Assembly (NCBI GenBank): GCA_965227515.1
Contig: CBDDFZ010000002.1
Coordinates: 1,248,001-1,312,000, forward strand
DNA from: Alphaproteobacteria bacterium
GTDB taxonomy: Bacteria; Pseudomonadota; Alphaproteobacteria; CALKHQ01
Length of the DNA stretch: 64,000 nt
Direction of reading: 5' to 3'
Part shown: positions 8,649-17,746 of the stretch, in pieces
Position numbering within the stretch: position 1 is the first letter of the stretch
How the letters are laid out: each line of letters begins with the position of its first letter
The notes under the pieces: generated by a model
What the model was told of the DNA's origin: nothing
What the model saw: only the letters and a program-made list of their open reading frames with translations
Database searches by the model: none
Program-made: the position numbers and the translations under genes

Positions 8649-9491
8649 TTGTCACTGGAGACCATCAGCGAACAGAAATGCTTCGGCGGTGTGCAGGGGT
8701 TCTACCGCCATGCGTCGGCGGCCACCGGTACCGACATGCAGTTTGCCGTCTATCGTCCGCCGCAAGCGAAAAGCGGTCCGGTGCCGGTGGTGACCTATCT
8801 TGCCGGCCTGACCTGTACCGAGGAGACGGCGACCATCAAGGCGGGTGCCCAGCGGCTCGCCTCCGAACTTGGGTTGATGCTGGTGATGCCGGACACCAGC
8901 CCGCGCGGCGCCGGCATCGAAGGCGAGGATGTGGATTGGGACTTCGGCACCGGGGCCGGCTTCTATCTCGACGCCACGGAGCCGCCGTGGGCCACGAACT
9001 ACCGCATGTACACCTACGTCACCGAGGAACTGCGCGGCCTGATCGAAGAGAGCTTTCCGGCCCGCGCCGATGCGCAGGGCATCGTCGGCCACTCCATGGG
9101 CGGCCACGGCGCGCTGACCATCGCGCTGAAGAACCCGGACCGCTACCGCTCGGTCTCCGCCTTCGCGCCGATCTGCGCGCCCAGCCAGTGCCCGTGGGGC
9201 GAAAAGGCGTTCAGCAACTACCTGGGCGATGATCGTGACGCATGGGCCGCGTATGACGCCACCAAGTTGGTCGCCACCGGCGCCACACATCATGAGATCC
9301 TGATCGACCAGGGCGAGGACGACCAGTTTCTGGCCGCACAACTGCACCCGCACCTGTTCCAGGCAGAGTGCGAGAAGGTGGGGCAGGCGTGCGAGGTCCG
9401 TATGCAAGCCGGCTACGACCACAGCTACTATTTCATCCAGACCTTCATGGCCGACCACCTGCACCATCACGCCTGGCTGTTGAACGGCTGA
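8649..9491 (+). CDS. fghA: S-formylglutathione hydrolase
   Basis: YLAGLTCTEE, WDFGTGAGFYLDAT, GHSMGGHGAL, GYDHSYYFI; TTG start. Confidence 0.93.
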   Translation: MSLETISEQKCFGGVQGFYRHASAATGTDMQFAVYRPPQAKSGPVPVVTYLAGLTCTEETATIKAGAQRLASELGLMLVMPDTSPRGAGIEGEDVDWDFGTGAGFYLDATEPPWATNYRMYTYVTEELRGLIEESFPARADAQGIVGHSMGGHGALTIALKNPDRYRSVSAFAPICAPSQCPWGEKAFSNYLGDDRDAWAAYDATKLVATGATHHEILIDQGEDDQFLAAQLHPHLFQAECEKVGQACEVRMQAGYDHSYYFIQTFMADHLHHHAWLLNG

Positions 9492-9504
9492 GAGGAACCG
9501 AGCC

Positions 9505-10239
9505 ATGTCCGCGCCGGCCAAGCCCATCCTGGTGTTCCAGCACATCGCGTGCGAGCACCCGGGCGTGTTCCGCGATTTCCTGGCCGAGGACGGCATCGCC
9601 TGGCAGCCTGTCGAGCTGGACGAGGGCGAGCCGATCCCGCCGCTGGAGGACTATGCCGCGCTGTGGGTGATGGGCGGGCCGATGGACGTGTGGGAGGAGG
9701 CGGATCACCCCTGGCTGGTGCCGGAGAAGGCGGCGATCCGCACCGCGGTGGCCGACCTGAAGATGCCGTTCTTCGGGCTTTGCCTGGGCCACCAGCTTCT
9801 CGCCGACGCGCTGGGCGGCAAGGCCGGGCCGGGCACGCCGGAGATCGGCATTCTGGATGTGCGGCTGACGGCGGCGGGCCGCGCCAATCCCTTCACCTCC
9901 GGTATCGATCCCCATGGGCGTTGCCTGCAATGGCACGGTGCCGAGGTGCAGCAGGCGCCGCCGGGTGCGGTGGTGCTGGCCGAATCGGATGCCTGCGCCG
10001 TCCAGGCGATGGCCATCGGCGAAACCGCGTTCTCGCTGCAGTATCATGTCGAGTTGACGCCGACGACGGTGAGCGACTGGTGGGCAGTGCCCGGCTATCG
10101 CGCGGCGCTGGAGCGCAGCCTGGGTGCCGACGCGTTCGACACCCTGAAGGCGGAGGCCGATGCCAACCTGCCGCGCTTCACCGCCGAGGCCCGCCGCCTC
10201 TACGACAACTTCATGGCCACGACCGGGCTCAAGACCTAA
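9505..10239 (+). CDS. Type 1 glutamine amidotransferase-like protein
   Basis: VMGGPMDVWEE, FGLCLGHQLL (catalytic Cys), LQYHVE (His-x-Glu). Confidence 0.88.
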   Translation: MSAPAKPILVFQHIACEHPGVFRDFLAEDGIAWQPVELDEGEPIPPLEDYAALWVMGGPMDVWEEADHPWLVPEKAAIRTAVADLKMPFFGLCLGHQLLADALGGKAGPGTPEIGILDVRLTAAGRANPFTSGIDPHGRCLQWHGAEVQQAPPGAVVLAESDACAVQAMAIGETAFSLQYHVELTPTTVSDWWAVPGYRAALERSLGADAFDTLKAEADANLPRFTAEARRLYDNFMATTGLKT

Positions 10240-11318
10240 TCAAACACCACCACGTTGCGCAGGGCGGTGCCGGTGCGCGAGGCGGCGATGGCATCGTTGA
10301 TCTCGGCCAGCCGGAACCGGCCGGAGACGAGCTCGTCCAGCTTCAAGCGCCCAGCGCGATAGTGCTGCACCAACACCGGGATGTCGCGCGCCAGCACGGT
10401 CGAGCCCATCTTGCTGGCCAGGATGCGCTGGCCGGCGCCGACAAAATCGGCCGCCTCGATCTGCACTGCCGCGCCGGACGGCGGCATGCCGACCACGACC
10501 ATGGTGCCGCCGCGCCGGATCAGCCCCAGACCATCCTCGATCGCCCTGGCATGGCCGACCGCGATGAAGACGTAGTCGAGGCCGACCCCGCCGGTCATCT
10601 CGGCCACCGTGCCGGCGACGTCGCCCGAGCCGGCGTTGACCGCGTCCGTCGCCCCGAACGCGCGCGCGGTCGCCAGCTTGGTGTCGATCAGGTCGACGGC
10701 GAGAATGCGCTCGGCACCAGCCAGCACGCCGCCCTGCACGCAGTTCAGCCCGACGCCGCCGACCCCGACAACGGCCATCTTGGCGCCGGCCGGGACCTGG
10801 GCCGTCCGCAGCACGGCGCCGACGCCGGTGATGACGCCGCAGGCGAGGAGGGAGGCCGAGGGCGGCGGGATATCGTCCGGGATACCGACGACCTGCGACG
10901 CGTGCACGACCACCGCCTCGGCAAAGGCGCCGGTGTACATCGCCTGGTGCAGGTCGCTGCCATCGGCTGAGGCGAGCGGGCCAGCGCGCTCGCCGTTGGG
11001 CGCGGTCTGGCACAGATACGGCGCCTGGTCGGCGCACACCGCGCAGTGCCCGCAGGATCGCAGCAGCGTAACCACCACCGGCGTGCCCGGCATCACGCCC
11101 GACACGCCCTCGCCGATGGCCTCCACCACGCCGGTCGCCTCGTGGCCGTAGACGGCAGGCAACGTGCCGCCCCAGGCGCCGTCCATGTAGAGGATGTCGC
11201 TGTGGCAGATCGCGCATGCGCTCAGCCGCACCCGCACTTCCTGCGGCCCGGGCGCGCGCAGGCCAACTGTTTCAATCGATAATGGTGCGCCAAACGCGCG
11301 GCAGACGGCAGCTTTCAT
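10236..11318 (-). CDS. Zinc-dependent alcohol dehydrogenase (class III-like MDR)
   Basis: MKAAVCRAFG, ICHSD, GHEATG, CGHCAVC, LLACGVITGVGA, GVGGVG. Confidence 0.9.
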   Translation of the reverse strand: MKAAVCRAFGAPLSIETVGLRAPGPQEVRVRLSACAICHSDILYMDGAWGGTLPAVYGHEATGVVEAIGEGVSGVMPGTPVVVTLLRSCGHCAVCADQAPYLCQTAPNGERAGPLASADGSDLHQAMYTGAFAEAVVVHASQVVGIPDDIPPPSASLLACGVITGVGAVLRTAQVPAGAKMAVVGVGGVGLNCVQGGVLAGAERILAVDLIDTKLATARAFGATDAVNAGSGDVAGTVAEMTGGVGLDYVFIAVGHARAIEDGLGLIRRGGTMVVVGMPPSGAAVQIEAADFVGAGQRILASKMGSTVLARDIPVLVQHYRAGRLKLDELVSGRFRLAEINDAIAASRTGTALRNVVVFD

Positions 11319-11510
11319 GCGGATAGGCCCGGTCGATGCGGAACCGGCAGGTTGTGCCGCACCTCGGCCCCGACCGCAATGGCCGAACGAACGCAGGTTG
11401 CGGCAGGATGTCGAAATCGAACGGCCGTTCGCGTCATCTGTATGGAGCGCCGGTTGTCGCCACACGCGATGCGGGCTCCGCCACGCCAACGGAGACGAGA
11501 CGAGGGAACG

Positions 11511-11864
11511 ATGTCGTACATGATGATGATCTACGAGACGACCGATGCCATTGCTGCGCGCAGCGACGCGGCGAAGCAGGCCGAGTACTGGGGGGCGTGG
11601 GGCGCCTATCACAAGGCGCTGCAGGATGCCGGCGTCATCACCGGCGGTGCCTCGCTGCAGGGCGGGCACACCGGCACCACGCTACGTGTCCGTGACGGCA
11701 AGCGCGAGGTGCAGGACGGCCCCTATGCCGACACCAAGGAACAGCTCGGCGGCTATATGATCTTCGACGTGCCGGATTTGGACAGCGCGCTCGACTGGGC
11801 GGCGCGTTGCCCGGCGGCGGAATACGGCGCGGTCGAGGTGCGCCCGATCCACAAGATGGAGTAG
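11511..11864 (+). CDS. YciI/DGPF family protein
   Basis: VQDGPYADTKEQLGGY...ALDWAARCP...VEVRP; directly upstream of an ECF sigma factor with a C-terminal extension. Confidence 0.88.
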   Translation: MSYMMMIYETTDAIAARSDAAKQAEYWGAWGAYHKALQDAGVITGGASLQGGHTGTTLRVRDGKREVQDGPYADTKEQLGGYMIFDVPDLDSALDWAARCPAAEYGAVEVRPIHKME

Positions 11865-11892
11865 GGCGCGCGCATTTGCGAAAGGATGCAGG

Positions 11893-13152
11893 GTGGGTGA
11901 CGGCGACGACGGGCGGGACGCACGGCAGGCGGCGGCTGACGCTGCCCGTGCATCCTACGGCCGGCTCGTTGCCTACCTCGCCGCGCGCTCGCGCGATGTG
12001 GCCGCCGCGGAGGATGCGCTGGGCGACGCCTTCCGCGCGGCCGTGCAGACCTGGCCCCGCGACGGGGTGCCGGATCGGCCGGAGGCCTGGCTGTTGGCCG
12101 CCGCGCGCAACCGGGTGAGCGATCTCGCCCGCCGCCACGCCGTGCGCGATGCGGCCATGCCGGCGCTCGCGCAGTTGACCGAGGAGGCGGCGGCAAGGGT
12201 GGGCGATGACTCCTTCCCCGACGACCGCCTGAAGCTGATGTTCGTCTGCGCCCATCCCGCCATCGACCCTGGCGTGCGCACCCCGCTGATGCTGCAGGTG
12301 GTGCTGGGCCTGGATGCGGCGCGCATCGCGTCCGCTTTCCTGGTCGCACCGGCTGCTATGGGCCAGCGCCTGGTGCGGGCGAAGGCGAAGATCCGCGATG
12401 CCGGCCTGCGCTTTGCGGTGCCGGGACGCGGCGAGCTCGATGAGCGGCTGGCGGGTGTACTCGATGCCATCTACGCCGCCTATGGCACGGGCTGGGAGGA
12501 CGCGGCCGGCGCCGATCCCCGTCGCAGCGGGTTGGCGGACGAGGCGCTGTGGCTGGCGTCGCTGGTGGTCGACCTGCTGCCCGACGCGCCCGAGGCGCAT
12601 GGCCTGCTGGCGCTGATGCTGTACTGCGAGGCCCGTCGCGATGCGCGCCGCACCGCGGCCGGGGCCTATGTGCCCTTGTCGGAGCAGAACACGGCACGCT
12701 GGTCGATGCCGATGATCGCGCGCGCCGAAGCAGCGCTTGGCCATGCCGCGCGCCAGGGTCGGCTCGGCCGCTATCAGCTTGAGGCGGCGATCCAGTCGGC
12801 CCACACCGCCGGCCGCATCCAGGGCCATATCGAGTGGCGCGCGGTGGTCGATCTCTACGACCGGCTGGTCGACCTGGCCCCCACGGTCGGCGCGCTGGTC
12901 AGCCGCGCGGCCGCCGTCGCCGAGGTGCATGGCCCGGCGGCGGGACTTGAGGCGCTCGCGGAACTGCCGGATGCGCGGGTTGCCACCTACCAGCCGTTTT
13001 GGGCGCTGCGCGCCCATCTGCTCGCCGGACATGGCAAGGCAGGCGAGGCAGCCGATGCCTATGAGCAGGCCATAGGCCTGGCCGAGGATCCGGCGGTGCG
13101 ACGGTTTCTCATGGACAGGAAGACGAATGTGGCGGCACCATGGACCCTGTGA
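11893..13152 (+). CDS. ECF sigma factor with C-terminal TPR extension (ECF42-like)
   Basis: AEDALGDAF..A...WP..GVP..PEAWL...ARN; DDRLKLMFVCAHP; QRLVRAKAKI; GRYQLEAAIQSAH; paired with the DGPF gene. Confidence 0.88.
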   Translation: MGDGDDGRDARQAAADAARASYGRLVAYLAARSRDVAAAEDALGDAFRAAVQTWPRDGVPDRPEAWLLAAARNRVSDLARRHAVRDAAMPALAQLTEEAAARVGDDSFPDDRLKLMFVCAHPAIDPGVRTPLMLQVVLGLDAARIASAFLVAPAAMGQRLVRAKAKIRDAGLRFAVPGRGELDERLAGVLDAIYAAYGTGWEDAAGADPRRSGLADEALWLASLVVDLLPDAPEAHGLLALMLYCEARRDARRTAAGAYVPLSEQNTARWSMPMIARAEAALGHAARQGRLGRYQLEAAIQSAHTAGRIQGHIEWRAVVDLYDRLVDLAPTVGALVSRAAAVAEVHGPAAGLEALAELPDARVATYQPFWALRAHLLAGHGKAGEAADAYEQAIGLAEDPAVRRFLMDRKTNVAAPWTL

Positions 13153-13314
13153 CCCACGTCACAGAAAAAGTCATGGCTTTCCCAGAACTCGCCTCAATTG
13201 CCTCCCAACTGGATGAACCGAGACCGGCGTGTCATCGACCCACTCGCACGAAGCGTACTGATCCAACGAGACCCACGGCCTGCGGCGGCCGACAGAAATA
13301 ATGGAGCTTGACCC

Positions 13315-13977
13315 ATGCGGAAGATCCCAACCCTTGCGATTGCGTGCGTAATTGGCCTGGTTCCCTTGACGGCGAAGGCCTTTGAGGCGGCCGACGTGAA
13401 CGCGACGCTGACCTACGGCTCGTGCCCGGAATGCGATCTGGCGGGTGCCGATCTCGGCTATGCGACGCTTGGCGGCGCCGACTTCACCGGCGCGGACATG
13501 GAGCAGACCAACCTGGGCAGCGCCAATCTGCAGGGCACCAACCTCAGCGAGGTCGACCTGAGCCTGGCCAACCTGACCTACGCCAACCTGAACAACGCCA
13601 ACCTGACCGAGGCGTCGGCTGGCAACGCCAGCTTCGCCAACGCCCAACTGCGCGGCGCGGTGCTGTTTGGCGCCGATCTGGACGGCGCCAACTTCGCCAG
13701 CGCGATCCTGGAAGGCGCGGACCTGCGCGAAGCCAGCGTCGACGAGGCCAACTTCTCGGCCGCCAATCTGGCGCGCGCCAACCTGCAGGAAGTCGATTTC
13801 GACGGTGTGAACCTGTGGTCGGCCAATCTGCAGGGCGCGAACCTGGTCGGCACCGACCTGTCGGATGCGCTGTACCTGGAGACCGCCAACCTGGCGGACG
13901 CGCGCTGCAACGAGGAAACTGAGATTCCGAGCCACATCGGCTGGCAGTGCGTCGTCGGCCGCATGCAGTTCAAGTAG
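13315..13977 (+). CDS. Secreted pentapeptide repeat protein
   Basis: Signal peptide, CPECDLAGADL, a long run of A(D/N)LXX repeats, C-terminal Cys pair. Confidence 0.9.
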   Translation: MRKIPTLAIACVIGLVPLTAKAFEAADVNATLTYGSCPECDLAGADLGYATLGGADFTGADMEQTNLGSANLQGTNLSEVDLSLANLTYANLNNANLTEASAGNASFANAQLRGAVLFGADLDGANFASAILEGADLREASVDEANFSAANLARANLQEVDFDGVNLWSANLQGANLVGTDLSDALYLETANLADARCNEETEIPSHIGWQCVVGRMQFK

Positions 13978-14017
13978 GGCCGGAGCCGACTTCAGCTCAA
14001 GCTGACACAGCCTAACT

Positions 14018-14056
14018 CACGCCGTCGGTGGCAACGCCGGCGGCGTGTTTGGTTTT
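14018..14056 (+). terminator. Rho-independent terminator
   Basis: CACGCCGTCGGTG-GCAA-CGCCGGCGGCGTG followed by TTTGGTTTT. Confidence 0.7.
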
Positions 14057-14119
14057 GGCAGCCGGTCACGCAATCGTCTAAGTTCCGGCGGAACCCATCA
14101 TCACCGCCGAACCCGCTTG

Positions 14120-14938
14120 ATGCCCGAATCCTCCGTTCCGCCGGCCGATGCCGCAACCCTGCTCGGCGTGGGCGACCCGCCGCCGTTCGAGGCCGTCCGC
14201 GCGACGTCGGACGTGCCGCTGGTGATCGTCTGCGACCACGCTTCCAATCGCATCCCGACGGCGCTCGGCGACCTCGGCCTGACCGAAGAGCAGCGGCGTC
14301 AGCACATCGCCTGGGATATCGGCGCCGCGGAGGTCGCCTACCGGTTGGCGCACCGCTATGGCGCCGGGCTTCTTCTCGGCAACTACTCGCGGCTGGTGAT
14401 CGATCTCAACCGCCATCCGCCGGATGCCGCGGCGATGCGGGCGGACAGCGATGGTGTGGCGGTGCCCGGTAACGCCGACCTCAGCTTCGATGCGCGCCAG
14501 GCGCGGGTCAGCGAGATTCACCGCCCATACCACACCCGCATCGCCGAATACCTGGACGATCTGCTGGTGCATGGGGTGCGGCCACTGTTCCTGGCCGTGC
14601 ATTCGATGACCGACCAGCTTTCCGACGGTCACCATCGGCCGCAGCAGATCGCCTTCTGCTGGGCCGAGGATGCGCGCTGGATGCGGGCCGCCAGCAAGGT
14701 GCTGGAGGCGAACGGCGACATCGTCGTCGGCGACAACGTGCCCTACGCCATCGACTTCACCGACTACACGGTGCCGGAGCACGCCATGCGGCGCGGCCTG
14801 CCGCATTTGCAGGTCGAGTTTCGCCAGGACCTGATCGCAACGCCCGCCGACGCCGCCACATGGGCGGACCGGTTCGTGCCGGCGCTCGATGCCGTGCTCG
14901 GCGATGCGGCCCTGATGGCCGAGGGGAAACGGTATTGA
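14120..14938 (+). CDS. N-formylglutamate amidohydrolase family protein
   Basis: VCDHASNRIP, HIAWDIGA, YSRLVIDLNR, AVHSMT, EFRQDLI. Confidence 0.88.
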   Translation: MPESSVPPADAATLLGVGDPPPFEAVRATSDVPLVIVCDHASNRIPTALGDLGLTEEQRRQHIAWDIGAAEVAYRLAHRYGAGLLLGNYSRLVIDLNRHPPDAAAMRADSDGVAVPGNADLSFDARQARVSEIHRPYHTRIAEYLDDLLVHGVRPLFLAVHSMTDQLSDGHHRPQQIAFCWAEDARWMRAASKVLEANGDIVVGDNVPYAIDFTDYTVPEHAMRRGLPHLQVEFRQDLIATPADAATWADRFVPALDAVLGDAALMAEGKRY

Positions 14939-16980
14939 GCGGCCGCGACCCGCGCTTCGACATCCTGTTCGAGCCGGTGCAGATCGGCCCGGTGACCGCG
15001 CGCAACCGCTTCTATCAGGTGCCCCACTGCAACGGCATGGGCCATGTCCACCCCAAGGCGATGGCGGCGATGCGCGGCGTGAAGGCCGAGGGCGGATGGG
15101 CCGTCGTGTCGACCGAGGAGGTGGAGGTCGACGTCTATTCCGATATCAGCCCCTACATCGAAGGCAGGCTGTGGGACGACGGCGACATCGCCTATCACGC
15201 CGCGATGGTGGAGGCGGTGCATGCCCACGGTGCGCTGGCGGCGATCGAGCTGGTCCACCAGGGGCTGGCCTGCGCCAACCTGACCAGCCGTGAGCTGCCG
15301 ATGGGGCCGTCCGGCGGACCGGTGAACCCGATGCATCCGGTGGCCGCGCGCACCATGACGCTGGACGACATCGCGGCCGCGCGCCGGCGCCATCGCGAAG
15401 CGGTCGAGCGGTCGGTCCGCGCCGGCTACGACATTGTCTATGTCTATGCCGGCCACGACTTGGCCTTACCGATGCATTTCCTGCTGCCGCGCTACAACCA
15501 GCGCGACGACCGCTATGGCGGCTCCCTGGAGAACCGGGTGCGCTTCCTGCGCGAGATGCTGGAGGACACGGCGGAGGTGCTGGACGGGCGCGCCGCCTTG
15601 GCGCTGCGCATCTCGCTGGACGAACTGCGCGGCGCGGACGGCATGCAGTCCAGCGGCGAGATGCGCGACATCGTCGGCATGCTGGCCGAACTGCCGGACC
15701 TGTGGGACGTGGCGCTGTCCGACTGGTCGAACGACAGCCAGACCGCGCGTTTCGCTGAGGAAGGTTTCCAGGAAGCACATTTCGGCTTCGTCAAGTCGCT
15801 GACCAGCAAGCCGGTGGTCGGCGTCGGCCGCTACACGTCGCCCGACCGCATGGCGTCCCTGGTGCGCAAGGGCGTGCTCGATCTGATCGGGGCGGCGCGG
15901 CCGTCCATCGCCGATCCCTTCCTGCCGGCGAAGATCGAGGCCGGGCGCGTGGACGACATCCGCGAGTGCATCGGCTGCAATATCTGCGTCTCCGGCGACA
16001 TGACGATGACGCCGATCCGCTGCACCCAGAACCCGACCATGGGCGAGGAATGGCGCAAGGGCTGGCATCCCGAGCGTTTGCCGACGGCCACGTCGGACGA
16101 CACCGTGCTGGTGGTCGGTGCCGGCCCGGCGGGGCTGGAGTGCGCCCGCGCACTCGGCCAGCGCGGTACGCCCGTGGTGCTGGCGGAGGCGGGCACGGCA
16201 CTTGGCGGGCGGGCGAAGGCGGAGGCGACGCTGCCGGGGCTGGCGAGCTACGGCCGGGTCGCCGACTACCGCATCCAGCAGCTTCAGCAGATGGCGAATG
16301 TGGAGGTCTATCTGGACAGCCGCCTCGGCGCCGAGGACGTGATCGGCTTCGGCTTCCCGCACATCGTGCTGGCGACCGGGTCGACATGGCGGCGCGATGG
16401 CGCCGGCCGCGCCGCGCGCGTGGGTTTTCAGGTTGCCGATGGCCTGCCGGTGTTCACGCCCGACGACGTCATGGCCGGCAAGCTGCCGCCGCCGGGCCGG
16501 GTGCTGGTGTTCGACGACGACCACTACTACATGGGCGGCGTCGTGGCCGAGCGGCTGGTCGACGCCGGTTGCACCGTGACCATGATGACGACCGCACCGG
16601 TGGTGTCGCAATGGACGGTGCACACGCTGGAGCAGCATCGCATTCAGGCCGGGCTTCTGGCGCGCGGGGTAACGCTGCTGACCGGGCGGCGGCCGGTCGG
16701 CTTCGGCCCGGTCACGCGGCATGCGTGCGTCTACAGCAGCGCTGAGGACAAGATCGACGTCGACGCGGTGGTGATGGTGACGTCGCGCGCGCCCGACGAT
16801 GCGCTCCACCAGGCACTTCTGGACACGGTAGGCGAGGGGACGCCGCCCTGGGCAAGTCTGCGGGTGATCGGCGATGCGGCAGCGCCGGGCACCGTCGCTG
16901 CCGCTGTCTATGCCGGTCACAAGGCCGCGCGCGCCCACGATGCGCCGCCTGCCGCCGAGGTGCCGTTCCGCCGCGAGTAG
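14935..16980 (+). CDS. Trimethylamine/dimethylamine/histamine dehydrogenase-like flavoprotein (OYE barrel, 4Fe-4S, Rossmann)
   Basis: RDPRFDILFEPVQIGPVTARNRFYQVPHC (Cys for covalent FMN), RECIGCNICVS..IRCTQNP, VVGAGPAGLE; TTG start overlaps the upstream TGA. Confidence 0.87.
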   Translation: MSGRDPRFDILFEPVQIGPVTARNRFYQVPHCNGMGHVHPKAMAAMRGVKAEGGWAVVSTEEVEVDVYSDISPYIEGRLWDDGDIAYHAAMVEAVHAHGALAAIELVHQGLACANLTSRELPMGPSGGPVNPMHPVAARTMTLDDIAAARRRHREAVERSVRAGYDIVYVYAGHDLALPMHFLLPRYNQRDDRYGGSLENRVRFLREMLEDTAEVLDGRAALALRISLDELRGADGMQSSGEMRDIVGMLAELPDLWDVALSDWSNDSQTARFAEEGFQEAHFGFVKSLTSKPVVGVGRYTSPDRMASLVRKGVLDLIGAARPSIADPFLPAKIEAGRVDDIRECIGCNICVSGDMTMTPIRCTQNPTMGEEWRKGWHPERLPTATSDDTVLVVGAGPAGLECARALGQRGTPVVLAEAGTALGGRAKAEATLPGLASYGRVADYRIQQLQQMANVEVYLDSRLGAEDVIGFGFPHIVLATGSTWRRDGAGRAARVGFQVADGLPVFTPDDVMAGKLPPPGRVLVFDDDHYYMGGVVAERLVDAGCTVTMMTTAPVVSQWTVHTLEQHRIQAGLLARGVTLLTGRRPVGFGPVTRHACVYSSAEDKIDVDAVVMVTSRAPDDALHQALLDTVGEGTPPWASLRVIGDAAAPGTVAAAVYAGHKAARAHDAPPAAEVPFRRE

Positions 16981-17154
16981 ATGCCGCGCGGGACGGACAC
17001 AACACCCCGCGCCCGCCATCTATTCCCGGAGAATAAAAAAAGAATTTTCTCTGGATAGCCGGAATAAAGCCGTTTGCATTGGTGTTCTGCATACAACAAC
17101 GCAAAACAGCGGGGGTCCGAGTGGTCCTTTCACAGGAGCAAACGGAGCAGAACG

Positions 17155-17676
17155 ATGCCGAACTACACCATGACCCGTGTCGTCAATCCTTCCAGTTTTA
17201 CGCCCAGCGCAGCCTTCCAGCGCCAGAATTTCAATCAGGCGCAACGCACCAACCGCGGCAATGGCCTGGCCGAGGCCATGCAGAGCATCGGTGGCTGGAT
17301 CGACGGGTACCTGCTGGATGCGGAGCAAAAGGAAGTCTTCGACAGCCTGCAGTTTGAAATCGAAAAGGCGCTTGGCGGCAATGTCGTCGGCGGGGCCCTG
17401 GTAGCTCTGTACAGGTACCAAGACCCGTCGACGGGACGCCGTCGCTATACCTTCGGCGCACTGCTCGGTGTCGGCTTTACCTTCCAGTCGGCTTACCATG
17501 AATATCTTTGCGGCAAGCGCAAGTCCATGGGCAACCATATCGAGCTGAACATCATGACCAAGGAATACTATTGGATCCAAAAGACATCGCCGAACAGCGT
17601 CAACATGCCTTCGCTGTCCAAGGGCATCTTCACCGAGAATGCCAAGCTCAAGAGTTTTGATCCGCTGACCAACTGA
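17155..17676 (+). CDS. Hypothetical protein (orphan, 173 aa)
   Basis: GGAG RBS, coding-like codon bias, AT-rich upstream region; no recognisable family. Confidence 0.7.
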   Translation: MPNYTMTRVVNPSSFTPSAAFQRQNFNQAQRTNRGNGLAEAMQSIGGWIDGYLLDAEQKEVFDSLQFEIEKALGGNVVGGALVALYRYQDPSTGRRRYTFGALLGVGFTFQSAYHEYLCGKRKSMGNHIELNIMTKEYYWIQKTSPNSVNMPSLSKGIFTENAKLKSFDPLTN

Positions 17677-17746
17677 CCAACTGACTGACTGGTCGAAGGA
17701 CAGGGTGCTGGCCGCCGTTGGTCGAGCGCCCGTCCTTATTGCGGGG

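Noticed and set aside
11511-13152. YciI plus TPR-extended ECF pair as a novel system
   Set aside because: This is the already described ECF42/DGPF arrangement.
13420-13900. 15-bp DNA periodicity
   Set aside because: Fully explained by the pentapeptide-repeat protein.
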